Notes: generated by a model from the sequence alone, not told the origin. Numbered from the stretch's first letter, positions 1 to 9,191 are shown. The stretch: 64,000 nt of DNA from Alphaproteobacteria bacterium (GCA_028822585.1 JAPKDL010000001.1:1407-65406); one strand, 5' to 3'. Program-made: numbers and translations.

Positions 1-468
1 CGCGGCATTGCGCTAGAACGTTCTAAGCAGTGGGATCGCGCTAAAGCTGATTTTCTCAAGGCGCTCGAATTACAGCCGGAACAACCTTATGTCCTGAATT
101 ATTTGGGGTATTCCTGGGTCGAACGCGGCAAGAATTTGGAACAGGCGCAAAGCATGATCGCGCGCGCGGTGAAACAGCGCGGCAATGACGGCTATATTGT
201 GGATAGCCTGGGGTGGGTGTTGTATCAGGTCGGAAAATACAAAGACGCCGTCAAGCAATTGGAACGCGCCGTGCGGTTGCTACCGCAAGACCCTATTATT
301 AATGATCATCTGGGCGACGCGTATTGGCGGGTGGGCCGCCGCCAGGAAGCCCGGTTTCAATGGCGTCGGTCGCTGGGTCTTGAGCCCGAATCAGAGCATA
401 TGAACGACACCAAGGCGAAGCTGGAGAATGGACTCGGCACCGCAAAATCCGTCGGGTCGGGAGGGTAA
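1..468 (+). CDS. TPR-repeat protein, C-terminal portion (5' end outside window)
   Basis: Frame 1 is open from base 1 into the listed 103..468 ORF. The translation shows tandem TPR-like helices (PYVLNYLGYSWVERG, GYIVDSLGWVLYQVGKY, INDHLGDAYWRVGRRQEA). It lies directly upstream of ispE. Confidence 0.75.
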   Translation, partial: RGIALERSKQWDRAKADFLKALELQPEQPYVLNYLGYSWVERGKNLEQAQSMIARAVKQRGNDGYIVDSLGWVLYQVGKYKDAVKQLERAVRLLPQDPIINDHLGDAYWRVGRRQEARFQWRRSLGLEPESEHMNDTKAKLENGLGTAKSVGSGG

Positions 469-488
469 TCATTGCTAACCCTAACATT

Positions 489-1334
489 GTGACCGTCGCC
501 GCGCCCGCCAAGATCAATTTGTATTTGACGATCACCGGGCGGCGTCCCGATGGCCTTCACCTGGTCGATAGCCTCATCGCGTTTACAACGCAGGGCGACG
601 TGTTGACGATCACGCCGGATCGTCCGTTAAACGTGACCTGTGACGGACCCTTCGCGGCTGAAATGCCTCTGCCGTATAAAAACCTGGTGTATCTGGCGGC
701 GGAGCGATTGGCGGATGCGGCGGGCGTTTCGGCCCGTGCAGAAATTAATATCACCAAAAACCTGCCGGTTGCCGCTGGGATTGGCGGCGGATCATCCGAC
801 GCGGCGGTGGCGTTGAAGACATTGGCGTCGATGTGGGGCGTTTCGGGATCCCAGGTGAATCTAAAAAAGCTTGGCTTGTCCCTGGGCAGCGACCTGCCGG
901 CCTGTATTTACGGCGAGACCTGTTTTGCGTCTGGAATTGGTGAAAAACTTACGCCGGGGCCGACCTTGCCAAAGGTCGGGTTGTTGCTGGTCAATCCAGG
1001 CGTTGCCTTGGTGACGGAGTCGGTGTTTGGCACCCGCAAGGGCGGCTTCAATCCGCCGGATCGGTTCAAACGAGCGCCCAGAGACGCCGCCGAACTGGCG
1101 GCGGCGCTGGAGCATCGAGGCAATGACTTGACGCTGTCAGCGTTGCGGCTGTGTCCGGCCATTCGCGACGTGTTGAATGCGTTGAAGTCTGCGCCGGGCT
1201 GTCATCTGGGGCGCATGACCGGCAGCGGCGCCACATGTTTTGGCGTCTTCGACGACAAGGCGGCGGCGGAAGCGGCGAAAGCGGCGGTGGTCCGTGACGG
1301 CTGGTGGGTCGAAGCAACAGAAATTGCCGTCTAA
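489..1334 (+). CDS. ispE: 4-diphosphocytidyl-2-C-methyl-D-erythritol kinase
   Basis: 281-aa ORF with GTG start. The N-terminus APAKINLYLTITGRRPDGLHLVDSL and the GHMP-kinase loop PVAAGIGGGSSDAA are typical of IspE. Confidence 0.9.
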   Translation: MTVAAPAKINLYLTITGRRPDGLHLVDSLIAFTTQGDVLTITPDRPLNVTCDGPFAAEMPLPYKNLVYLAAERLADAAGVSARAEINITKNLPVAAGIGGGSSDAAVALKTLASMWGVSGSQVNLKKLGLSLGSDLPACIYGETCFASGIGEKLTPGPTLPKVGLLLVNPGVALVTESVFGTRKGGFNPPDRFKRAPRDAAELAAALEHRGNDLTLSALRLCPAIRDVLNALKSAPGCHLGRMTGSGATCFGVFDDKAAAEAAKAAVVRDGWWVEATEIAV

Positions 1335-1454
1335 GCTCCTTTTTCGACGCCAGGATCCAGGTCGTGCGATATATGCAAAAGAATATGCCCACAAGTGGTT
1401 GAAGCGCGCGGCAATTCTGCTTATGTTGCCGCCGTGCTCAAGAAGCACATGCGT

Positions 1455-1529
1455 TGGGGCGTGGCCAAGTGGTAAGGCACCGGTTTTTGGTATCGGCATT
1501 CGCAGGTTCGATCCCTGCCGCCCCAGCCA
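1455..1529 (+). tRNA. tRNA-Gln (anticodon UUG)
   Basis: Hand-folded cloverleaf: acceptor TGGGGCG/CGCCCCA, 3-bp D stem, anticodon stem CCGGT/ATCGG with loop TTTTGGT (UUG), T arm GCAGG-TTCGATC-CCTGC, encoded CCA. Close to the E. coli tRNA-Gln layout. Confidence 0.9.
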
Positions 1530-1921
1530 ACTTAAAATTGGTTCTAAAAAGCCATTTTGAACGTATTTTTTAATAAATTTCCAACGTAGCTATGTACGTA
1601 AAACCGTAGAATACTATGAAGTATGCGGAAACGGACTTTTTTCGTAAACGATTTAGGATGCGTAGAGCGCGCTTTATCAGCCTGTCAAGCCCAGCCAAAG
1701 TTCACATCGAGTATGCCGCACGCGGTTTTACACAGCCTGGGCCATTTTGCGACGTCGGCAGTTCTAAAACCGAGTTTGGCTAAGTAGGGCATACCGGAAA
1801 TGAATGCATAAAAAGCTGACATCGGAGTTGGCATGTTTGCAATCGAGGGCAAGCGCCTCTCAATAGACAGTGGTCTTGGAGATTCGGTGTCACATCCGTT
1901 TCTCTATGGCCGCCTTCCGCC

Positions 1922-3631
1922 TCAATCCCCGCTCCGCAGCAATCGACCGGGCAGCGCGCCCGTCGCTTCGCCGTGGCGCCAGACGGGAACGCCGGCCACC
2001 ATCGTCGCGTCGAACCCTTTCGTTCGCTGCAAGATCCGCTTTCCTCCTTCTGGAAGATCGTAGAGCACTTCGGGTGTCTGAAGCTGCAAGGCATCGTAAT
2101 CCACGACATTGATGTCGGCCCGCATCCCAGGCGCGATGCGTCCGCGATCTTCGAGCCCAATTGCTTCAGCGTTTGCAGACGTCAGCCGCCGCACCATTTC
2201 CTCGATAGGGTGCTTGGGCCCGCGCGTGCGGTCCCGGGTCCAATAGGTGAGCGTGTGCGCCATGTCGGTCGCGTCGCACATAATCCCGACATGCGCGCCG
2301 CCATCGCCAAGACCAATCAACGTGTTGGGGTGCGCCAACATCTCATGCACCGGCGCCAGATCGCCGTCTGCGTAGTTTGTCGTTGGATGATAGAGGATGC
2401 CGCGCCCGTCTTTCTCCATCATCAAATCGTAAGCAAGTTCCGCAGGGTCGATTCCGCGCCGCCGCGCTTCGGCCCCGACGCTGGTTTCCAGATCGGGTTC
2501 ATATTGTGGCGGATCGCCAAATGGGAAAATTCGATCCCAATCCCGGAGCCGATTCGTCTGCGCCAGCGTTCCACCGGGTTCGGTAATCAGGCGCGTCCTA
2601 AAATCGGGATCACGAAGAATCGCGACGCGGGCGTCGATATCCAATGGCGCCAAGTCGCGCCAACTGGCGCAGCCGAGAAACGGATTTTGTGATAGCTCAA
2701 AGCCGAGCAAGGTACTGGTTGGGCGTCCTCGGATTTGGCCGGTAATTTTAAGCCCTTCAGCATTTGCCGCCGCAATTCGGGCAAGCTGATCGCGCCATTG
2801 TTCGGGAAAGGTGCTCTTTTGCAAAAGTGTGAGCGTCATCGGGCGCCCCGACCGTTTTGCCAGACGGGTGAGCAAGCCGAATTCCTGGTCGATCGCGTCG
2901 CCATAATCGCCAACGACTTGAATCCAACCGCGCCCGACCTTGCCCACCGCATCGGCGATCTCGGCCAATTCCGCTTCGCCCGCGCCATAGGACGGGATAG
3001 GTTTACCTTCCGCCGTGCGATGCTGTAGCAGTCGGGAGGTCGAAAACCCAAACGCGCCCGCCTGAATACCTTCTGCGGCGAGCCGCGCCATCTCTGCCCG
3101 ATCTTCCGCTGTCGCTTCTTCGCGGTTGGCACCGCGTTCGCCCATCACGAAAATCCGAAGCGCCGCGTGCGGGACCTGAGTCGCCACGTCCACGTCAAAT
3201 TGCCGTCCGGCGAGCACGTCGAGATAATCTGGAAAACTGTCCCATGTCCACGGCAGCCCCGCCTTCATCACCACTTCGGGGATGTCCTCCACCCCCTCCA
3301 TCAACGAAATCAACATGTCATGATGGTCGGGCCGCACCGGCGCAAAGCCAACGCCGCAATTACCCATCAAGACGGTCGTGACACCATTGCACGACGATGG
3401 CGTAATCTGGTTGGCCCAGGTCACCTGTGCATCATAGTGTGTATGCACGTCGACGAAGCCGGGCGTCACTAATCGGTCGCGCGCATCGATCTCTTCGACG
3501 CCGTTTTCGCTTACCTGGCCAACGGCGGTAATTCGACCGTTCGTCACCGCCACATCGGCTTCCACCATAGATTCACCAGAACCGTCAACAACGGTGCCGC
3601 CGCGGATAATCAGATCGGGTTTATCGCTCAT
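1922..3631 (-). CDS. N-acyl-D-amino-acid deacylase (D-aminoacylase) family amidohydrolase
   Basis: 569-aa ORF. The N-terminal IIRGGTVVDGSG...GRITAVG and the metal-binding GFVDVHTHYD motif, plus the length, fit the D-aminoacylase family. Confidence 0.85.
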   Translation of the reverse strand: MSDKPDLIIRGGTVVDGSGESMVEADVAVTNGRITAVGQVSENGVEEIDARDRLVTPGFVDVHTHYDAQVTWANQITPSSCNGVTTVLMGNCGVGFAPVRPDHHDMLISLMEGVEDIPEVVMKAGLPWTWDSFPDYLDVLAGRQFDVDVATQVPHAALRIFVMGERGANREEATAEDRAEMARLAAEGIQAGAFGFSTSRLLQHRTAEGKPIPSYGAGEAELAEIADAVGKVGRGWIQVVGDYGDAIDQEFGLLTRLAKRSGRPMTLTLLQKSTFPEQWRDQLARIAAANAEGLKITGQIRGRPTSTLLGFELSQNPFLGCASWRDLAPLDIDARVAILRDPDFRTRLITEPGGTLAQTNRLRDWDRIFPFGDPPQYEPDLETSVGAEARRRGIDPAELAYDLMMEKDGRGILYHPTTNYADGDLAPVHEMLAHPNTLIGLGDGGAHVGIMCDATDMAHTLTYWTRDRTRGPKHPIEEMVRRLTSANAEAIGLEDRGRIAPGMRADINVVDYDALQLQTPEVLYDLPEGGKRILQRTKGFDATMVAGVPVWRHGEATGALPGRLLRSGD

Positions 3632-3673
3632 TACAAATTGCTCCAGGGTTAATCATTCGAGGCTCAGCCTGTA

Positions 3674-4435
3674 TCAAACCGTCAGGTAACCGCCATCCAC
3701 GGGCAACGTGACCCCGGTGACATATTGTGACAGGTCGGATGCTAGAAACACAGCCGGTCCCACAATATCCGCGGGCGTCCCGGGGCGTTTTAAAGGCGTG
3801 TGGTGGATAAAATTGGCGTAGATTTCTGAGCCTTCGTGGATTGTATCACGGTTCAGCGCCGTTTGGATCAGGCCCGGCCCAATGGCGTTGACGCGCACCC
3901 CGTCGGGACCCAGTTCAGCCGCCAACCCGGTGGTGAAATTCCGCACCGCGCCTTTCGAAGTCGTGTAGGCGACGCTGTTGGGAGTATGGACGAAGGATTG
4001 GATGGAGCCGAGATTGACGATGCGGCCCTTCGTTGCCTTCAGCGTGGCCAAAAAGGCATGCGTCACATTGAAGACGCCGTGAATGTTTACCGACAACACA
4101 TCATCCCAATCCTGCACGGCGGTGTCGGACGTAATCTTGGCGCGGCGCACGATACCCGCATTGTTGACCAGCACCGACACTTGACCAATGTCGCGTGCGA
4201 CCGTATCGGCCAGCGCCCGGCACGCTGCCGCATCAGTAACGTCCAGCTTGTAAGACACGGCGTCGCCCCCGGCCTTGTCGATCATGGCAACCGTTTCCAC
4301 TGCCCCTGCTTCGTTGATATCGACGGCAATGACACGTGCGCCTTCCACCGCATACCCAACCGCGATGCCCTGTCCGATGCCAGACCCGGCGCCGGTGACT
4401 ACCGCGATATGGCCTTGCAGTAGATAACTCATCAT
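3674..4435 (-). CDS. SDR-family oxidoreductase
   Basis: TGAGSGIGQGIA Rossmann motif, NNAG, and catalytic S...YTTSKGAV (YxxxK). 253 aa. Confidence 0.85.
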   Translation of the reverse strand: MMSYLLQGHIAVVTGAGSGIGQGIAVGYAVEGARVIAVDINEAGAVETVAMIDKAGGDAVSYKLDVTDAAACRALADTVARDIGQVSVLVNNAGIVRRAKITSDTAVQDWDDVLSVNIHGVFNVTHAFLATLKATKGRIVNLGSIQSFVHTPNSVAYTTSKGAVRNFTTGLAAELGPDGVRVNAIGPGLIQTALNRDTIHEGSEIYANFIHHTPLKRPGTPADIVGPAVFLASDLSQYVTGVTLPVDGGYLTV

Positions 4436-4452
4436 AAATCCCTCAGTTAAAA

Positions 4453-5364
4453 TTAATCTTCAAACGCGGCGAAGGCTTCTTCAAACGCCTTGAATTGGTT
4501 GCCCGCCGCCGAGGACGGCACAATGATCGGTTCGCGAATTCCCGCATCCCGCCACTTCTCCACCTCGTCCAAAACATGGGAAACCGGCCCGAAAATTGTC
4601 GAGTCCGCCAGCCAGGCATCGCTCATGCATTTGGTGATAGCGACCTGATCTCCCGCCGCCATGGCTGTCTCAACCCCGGTCATTTCTTCTTCGAACCCGG
4701 CTTCCTTCCAATAATTCCGATAATTCGGCAATTGAACATAACTTTGCAACGTCCGACGGTTCACCGCCTTGGCCGCATCGATGTCGTCGGAAATGCAGGT
4801 TGGGATCATATTCCCGATGAAAAATTCCGGATCGTTGCGCTTGGCGGCGGGCAGCACCGCCAGTGAAGCGGCCATATGCGACCGCGCGCCATTGGCGAAC
4901 ACCATGCCGTCGCCGATTTCCGCCGACAACGCGATCATCTTTTTTCGCAAGGTCGCCAGGATTAGCGGTGGCTTGTCCCCCGTGCGCGACGCATCATGAT
5001 AAGCCTGCACGAACGCGCGCATATCGCCCAACGGCTTGCCGACGGTGATCCCCATGCGTTCGTGGGCAGGCGCGTGGCTGACGCCGACACCGAAACGGAA
5101 CCGCCCACCGGAAATTTCATGGATAAAGGCGGCGGCTTGGGCGTAATCCAGCGGCAACCGTGAATAGATCGGCGCAATGGAGGTGGCGACAATCACCCGT
5201 TCCGTCGCCTGGGCCACGGACTGACACAGCGCCATGTTGTTGGTCATGCTGGGACAATAGATGCCTGGGAATCCCCTGCGTTCAATTTCCTGGGCAAGGT
5301 CAATCATAGCCTGTCGGCGACCGGGAAGGGCGACAAGGCTAAGGCTTGGTTTTTTAACTGGCAT
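4453..5364 (-). CDS. Luciferase-like (LLM class) flavin/F420-dependent oxidoreductase
   Basis: 303-aa ORF with LLM-family sequence character (RGFPGIYCPS..., GRFRFGVGVSH...). It starts 18 nt downstream of... rather, its stop lies 18 nt from the SDR start, so the two are probably one transcription unit. Family-level call only. Confidence 0.75.
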   Translation of the reverse strand: MPVKKPSLSLVALPGRRQAMIDLAQEIERRGFPGIYCPSMTNNMALCQSVAQATERVIVATSIAPIYSRLPLDYAQAAAFIHEISGGRFRFGVGVSHAPAHERMGITVGKPLGDMRAFVQAYHDASRTGDKPPLILATLRKKMIALSAEIGDGMVFANGARSHMAASLAVLPAAKRNDPEFFIGNMIPTCISDDIDAAKAVNRRTLQSYVQLPNYRNYWKEAGFEEEMTGVETAMAAGDQVAITKCMSDAWLADSTIFGPVSHVLDEVEKWRDAGIREPIIVPSSAAGNQFKAFEEAFAAFED

Positions 5365-5514
5365 GGTTCAGGAATCCTGTGTGGTCGATTGCGGTCGCGA
5401 GACGACTCTGGTGCGGGAAAACACCAGCTTTGGAAAGCGTCGAGCAGAGAATTCCCTGAAGTGTACCCAAAATCACAACTTGAGGCCAGATTTCCATTTA
5501 TCTTTCCCCGTAAT

Positions 5515-5810
5515 GAGCAACTTAATTTAGGATATATACCGCCCAAATTGGAGTTCGATGCAGATGCAGCCGGAACCAACGCCCACGGATGCAAAACTAG
5601 AAAACGACGTGTCAAATTTGCGCATCTTGCTTGCAGAAGGCACTGGACCAATGGCGGATTTAATCGTGGCGATGCCGGCGGAAATTAATGTGGATCTGGT
5701 TCAAAATGAGGGATATCGAAACAGGCATCAAGCTGATCAATGCGTGGGGGTTCGCCTACCGTGATACCATCGTACCTCCCACTTCCAATGACCGATTGCA
5801 CGACTGTTAA
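5515..5810 (+). pseudogene. Degraded MT-A70-like (DPPW-type) adenine methyltransferase fragment
   Basis: Pieces lie in three frames. They read YIPPKLEF (degenerate DPPW), ...PMADLIVAMPAEINVD, then MWIWFKMRDIETGIKLINAWGFAYRDTIV (the LxxW...AWGF.Y core of the MT-A70 family). The fragment stops 45 nt before the tRNA and lacks the C-terminal half. Confidence 0.4.
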
Positions 5811-5854
5811 GGATGCTGAGAGGTCTAAAAACCCTAAAGAAAAATGGGTGATTG

Positions 5855-5931
5855 TGGTGAACCCAAGTGGACTCGAACCACTGACCCCGACATTAGGAAT
5901 GTCGTGCTCTATCCAACTGAGCTATGGGTCC
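5855..5931 (-). tRNA. tRNA-Arg (anticodon CCU), complete
   Basis: Minus strand reads GGACCCATAGCTCAGTTGGATAGAGCACGACATTCCTAATGTCGGGGTCAGTGGTTCGAGTCCACTTGGGTTCACCA. Acceptor is GGACCCA/TGGGTTC, anticodon stem CGACA/TGTCG, loop TTCCTAA, and CCA is encoded. Confidence 0.9.
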
Positions 5932-6139
5932 ACTGAAATCAGATTAATCCTTCTACCAAAAATGGACAACTCGTTACTTTTTTGCGGTACTATTATTCAG
6001 TTTGATCACTCGAAATTATGGTGGTTATTTCTCACGAGAATGTTTCACAAATCATTCACATGAAAATATCTATCAAATATTTGTACTAAATACTGTTGTT
6101 TTACCTACTATAAATCAATATTTAGGACAGAACTATATA
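5932..6139 (-). other. Visibly AT-rich spacer between the tRNA-Arg(CCU) fragment and the complete tRNA-Arg(CCU)
   Basis: Composition contrasts sharply with the GC-rich flanks. There is no convincing ORF; the listed ORFs here run through tRNA sequence. Confidence 0.6.
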
Positions 6140-6178
6140 TTAGGAATCAAGCGCTCTATCCGGCTGAGCTACGGGCGC
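6140..6178 (-). pseudogene. Orphan 5' half of a second tRNA-Arg(CCU)
   Basis: Minus strand reads GCGCCCGTAGCTCAGCCGGATAGAGCGCTTGATTCCTAA. That is the acceptor 5' strand, D arm, 5' anticodon stem CTTGA and a full CCU loop. The pairing strand TCAAG, the T arm and the 3' acceptor strand are absent. Confidence 0.75.
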
Positions 6179-6379
6179 GTGCGAGGTTATATATAGCATG
6201 GCGGCTGCGCTGAACACGCCCATCGTCGGACAAAGCTGCATGCGTCAATTTACCCCAGCAATTAACAACGGGAAGCCACAGCAATTTCTTGCTGTGCCGT
6301 GAGTTTTCCAATAGCAGTATTCGCAGTCTTAATTTATCGAGTGCACGCGCCGGTGATGGGCCGCGCCAGGAGAAAAACC

Positions 6380-7525
6380 ATGGCTGGAATACGGCCCGAA
6401 ATCGATCCGGATGGATTACTGGAATATTCTGTGGTGTTCACAGACCGGTCGTTAAATCACATGTCCCAGTCGTTTCAAGGTGTTATGTGTGACACCTCGG
6501 AAACCCTAAAGTGCGTGTATAACGCATCGTCGGTTGCGATCGTACCGGGCGGCGGCACGTATGGCATGGAGGCCGTCGCACGGCAATTCGCCACTGGCCA
6601 AAAATGCATGGTGTTGCGTAACGGATGGTTCACTTTTCGCTGGACGCAGATATTCGACGCCGGGAGCATCCCCTCCGAAGCGATTGTCATGAAGGCGCGC
6701 CCGGTAGAAGACGGCCCGCAACCCGCTTATGCGCCGGCTCCACTTGATGAGGTTGTCGCCGCCATTCAGCGGGAAAAACCGGCGTTGATGTTCGCCGCCC
6801 ATGTGGAGACCGCGGCGGGTATGATCCTGCCGGAAGGCTACATGCGCGGGGTTGCAGACGCGATGCACGATGTTGGCGGTATGTTTGTCTTGGATTGTAT
6901 TGCGTCGGGCGCGATCTGGGTCGACATGGTGGCGGCGGGCGTTGACATATTAATCAGTGCGCCGCAGAAAGGCTGGAGCGCGTCTCCTTGCGCCGCCCTG
7001 GTCATGATGAATGCCCGCGCGCGCACCGCCATCGACGCCACCACAAGCAGCAGTTTCGCGTGTGATCTGAAAAAGTGGCTCGACATCATGGAAACCTATG
7101 AAGGTGGTGGACACGCCTACCACGCGACAATGCCGACCGACGCGCTGGTCAAGTTTCACGCGACGATGAAGGAAACGGAAGCCTATGGTTTTGATAAAAT
7201 TAGGGCGGAACAACAACAGTTGGGCGACACCGTGCGGGCGCTTCTGGAGGGTAGGGGGTTTAAAAGCCTGGCCGCGCCCGGATTTCAGGCGCCGAGCGTT
7301 GTCGTGAGCTATACGGACGAAGCGAATATCCAGAACGGTTCAAATTTTGCCGCTGAAGGTCTGCAAATCGCCGCAGGCGTCCCGCTGCAATGCGATGAAC
7401 CCGATGATTTCTGCACCTTTCGCCTTGGCTTGTTTGGATTGGACAAATTGCAAAACATCGACCGCACCGTTGCCAATCTGGAATCGGCGCTCACCCGCAT
7501 ACTTGCGGAAACGAATAAGCGTTAG
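6380..7525 (+). CDS. Class V aminotransferase (serine-pyruvate / alanine-glyoxylate aminotransferase-like)
   Basis: PLP-lysine context ILISAPQKGWSASP and fold-type I pattern. Start moved to ATG 6380, 7 nt after AGGAG; the longer listed ORF begins at 6299. Confidence 0.8.
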   Translation: MAGIRPEIDPDGLLEYSVVFTDRSLNHMSQSFQGVMCDTSETLKCVYNASSVAIVPGGGTYGMEAVARQFATGQKCMVLRNGWFTFRWTQIFDAGSIPSEAIVMKARPVEDGPQPAYAPAPLDEVVAAIQREKPALMFAAHVETAAGMILPEGYMRGVADAMHDVGGMFVLDCIASGAIWVDMVAAGVDILISAPQKGWSASPCAALVMMNARARTAIDATTSSSFACDLKKWLDIMETYEGGGHAYHATMPTDALVKFHATMKETEAYGFDKIRAEQQQLGDTVRALLEGRGFKSLAAPGFQAPSVVVSYTDEANIQNGSNFAAEGLQIAAGVPLQCDEPDDFCTFRLGLFGLDKLQNIDRTVANLESALTRILAETNKR

Positions 7526-7541
7526 TGGTGCAACTGATCGA

Positions 7542-8069
7542 TTAGTCTACGAACCGATTGTCGAGTGGCAGGGAGAAAGATAGCGTCAGGGTTTCCGTGC
7601 CTGGATTGTTGTCGGACAGGGACGCGTTGGAAATGTGGTGAAACGCCATGCCGAGCCGCGCGCGATTGTCCAAACGATAGGCCAGTTCCAGCCCAGAACG
7701 GAATTCCACCGTGTTGCCTAAATCCTTGCCATCGCCATTGCTGTACAATCCGACCGCGACATTGGGCGTGAAAACGATGCGGCGGCCGAGATAAACGTCG
7801 AGCAGAAACCCACCATAGACATAGGCTGCTGCATCCGTCGTCGCCATAACCCCGGCAAACGGTTTCACATACCATTCATCCCAATCAGATCGGTATTCCA
7901 GATTAAACTGCCCGGCGGTGCGGTCATCATTTACGTCATAACCGCCGATATGAAAAGTGATGAAGTCCGGGTCGTCGCCCGCCATGGCGGGATGCGCGCC
8001 GCCAATCGAAATCGCTAATACCAGCGCGACCAACAGTGCCATCGCGCCTGAATAGAACCATCGCGTCAT
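7542..8069 (-). CDS. Acyloxyacyl hydrolase / PagL-like outer-membrane lipid A deacylase family
   Basis: Signal peptide (ALLVALVLAISIGGAHPAMA) followed by beta-barrel-like sequence ending AFHHISNASLSDNNPGTETLTLSFSLPL. The H-x-S-N motif is as in PagL. Confidence 0.65.
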   Translation of the reverse strand: MTRWFYSGAMALLVALVLAISIGGAHPAMAGDDPDFITFHIGGYDVNDDRTAGQFNLEYRSDWDEWYVKPFAGVMATTDAAAYVYGGFLLDVYLGRRIVFTPNVAVGLYSNGDGKDLGNTVEFRSGLELAYRLDNRARLGMAFHHISNASLSDNNPGTETLTLSFSLPLDNRFVD

Positions 8070-8153
8070 CTTATGCTCTTCCTCCCACAATCGTCTTTAA
8101 CGTGGCGCATCCTACGGTGCCGTACAATTTGCCGCAATTTAAGTCTTTACCTG

Positions 8154-9098
8154 CTATATTTTGAACCGTTCCATCGCATCCACTAGCGCCCGCCGGATGC
8201 CGGGTTCCATCGCCGAGTGCCCCGCGTCGGGGATAATAACATAGCGTGCTTCCGGCCACGCCGTCGCCAACGCATCCGCCGATTCTATTGGGCACACCAT
8301 GTCATAGCGACCCTGTATAATCACGCCGGGCACATTTTTAAGGCGATGCGCGTTGGCGAGCAACTGACCTTCCGGCATGAACGACCCATTCATGAAATAA
8401 TGGGCTTCAATTCTGGCCAAGCCCAACGCCTTGTCGGGGGCGGCGAAGGCGGCGACGGAATCGGCACTGGGCAATAAGGTGGAGCAGGCGCCTTCGTATT
8501 GGCTCCAGATTTTTGCCGCCGCCATATGGGTTCGTGGATTCGTGTCGATGAGGCGGCGATGATAATTGGTCAGCAAATCATCCTGTTCGGCTTCCGGCAG
8601 AAATTGTTGGAACTGACGCCAGGTTTCAGGGAACACACGGCGCATGCCCAACATGAACCACTCGACTTCGCGCGCACGGCACAGGAAAATACCGCGCAGG
8701 ACAACGCCACGGCAATGATTAGTATGCGTCTCGGCGTAGGCCAGCGCCAAGCTGGCACCCCAGGATCCACCGAATACAAACCATGTCTCAACTTCAAGGT
8801 GGTTTCGCAGGGCTTCGATATCAGCGACCAGATGTGCGGTGGTATTGTCGGACAACGATCCCAGCGGCTTGGACCGACCGGCACCGCGTTGATCAAAGAT
8901 TATGATGCGGTAATAGGCTGGGTCGAAAAACCGCCGATGCCCCTCCGTCGCCCCCGCGCCGGGACCACCATGCAGAAAGACGACGGGCACGCCGTCCGGG
9001 TTGCCCGATTCTTCCCAATACAGAACATGGGGGCGATCAACCGCCAGCGTCCCCTGCCGGTAGGGTTTGATGTCCGGATACAGATCGAGATGGCTCAT
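8154..9098 (-). CDS. pip: Prolyl aminopeptidase (proline iminopeptidase)
   Basis: VVFLHGGPGAG, nucleophile elbow FGGSWGASLAL, C-terminal PDAGHSA. 314 aa. Confidence 0.9.
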   Translation of the reverse strand: MSHLDLYPDIKPYRQGTLAVDRPHVLYWEESGNPDGVPVVFLHGGPGAGATEGHRRFFDPAYYRIIIFDQRGAGRSKPLGSLSDNTTAHLVADIEALRNHLEVETWFVFGGSWGASLALAYAETHTNHCRGVVLRGIFLCRAREVEWFMLGMRRVFPETWRQFQQFLPEAEQDDLLTNYHRRLIDTNPRTHMAAAKIWSQYEGACSTLLPSADSVAAFAAPDKALGLARIEAHYFMNGSFMPEGQLLANAHRLKNVPGVIIQGRYDMVCPIESADALATAWPEARYVIIPDAGHSAMEPGIRRALVDAMERFKI

Positions 9099-9191
9099 GC
9101 GCTTACCGGCTGGCGTGCCAGAATTGGACGTGGCAATATAGGGTATATATGAGGTGCGAAAACGCCCAAACAGTGACTGTCCGGAGGTGCG

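Noticed and set aside
5855-6178. Group I intron inside a tRNA-Arg(CCU) anticodon loop, as is established for some Alphaproteobacteria.
   Set aside because: Splicing the 5' fragment to the downstream tRNA's 3' half would not give a foldable tRNA. The anticodon stem CTTGA cannot pair with TGTCG, and the acceptor GCGCCCG cannot pair with TGGGTTC. The downstream gene is complete on its own. The spacer is AT-rich with no recognisable P3-P7 core.
5740-6196. Listed ORFs 5740-6063 and 6002-6196 as protein-coding genes.
   Set aside because: They read straight through the complement of the tRNA-Arg gene, the AT-rich spacer and the tRNA fragment. They have no RBS and no family resemblance.
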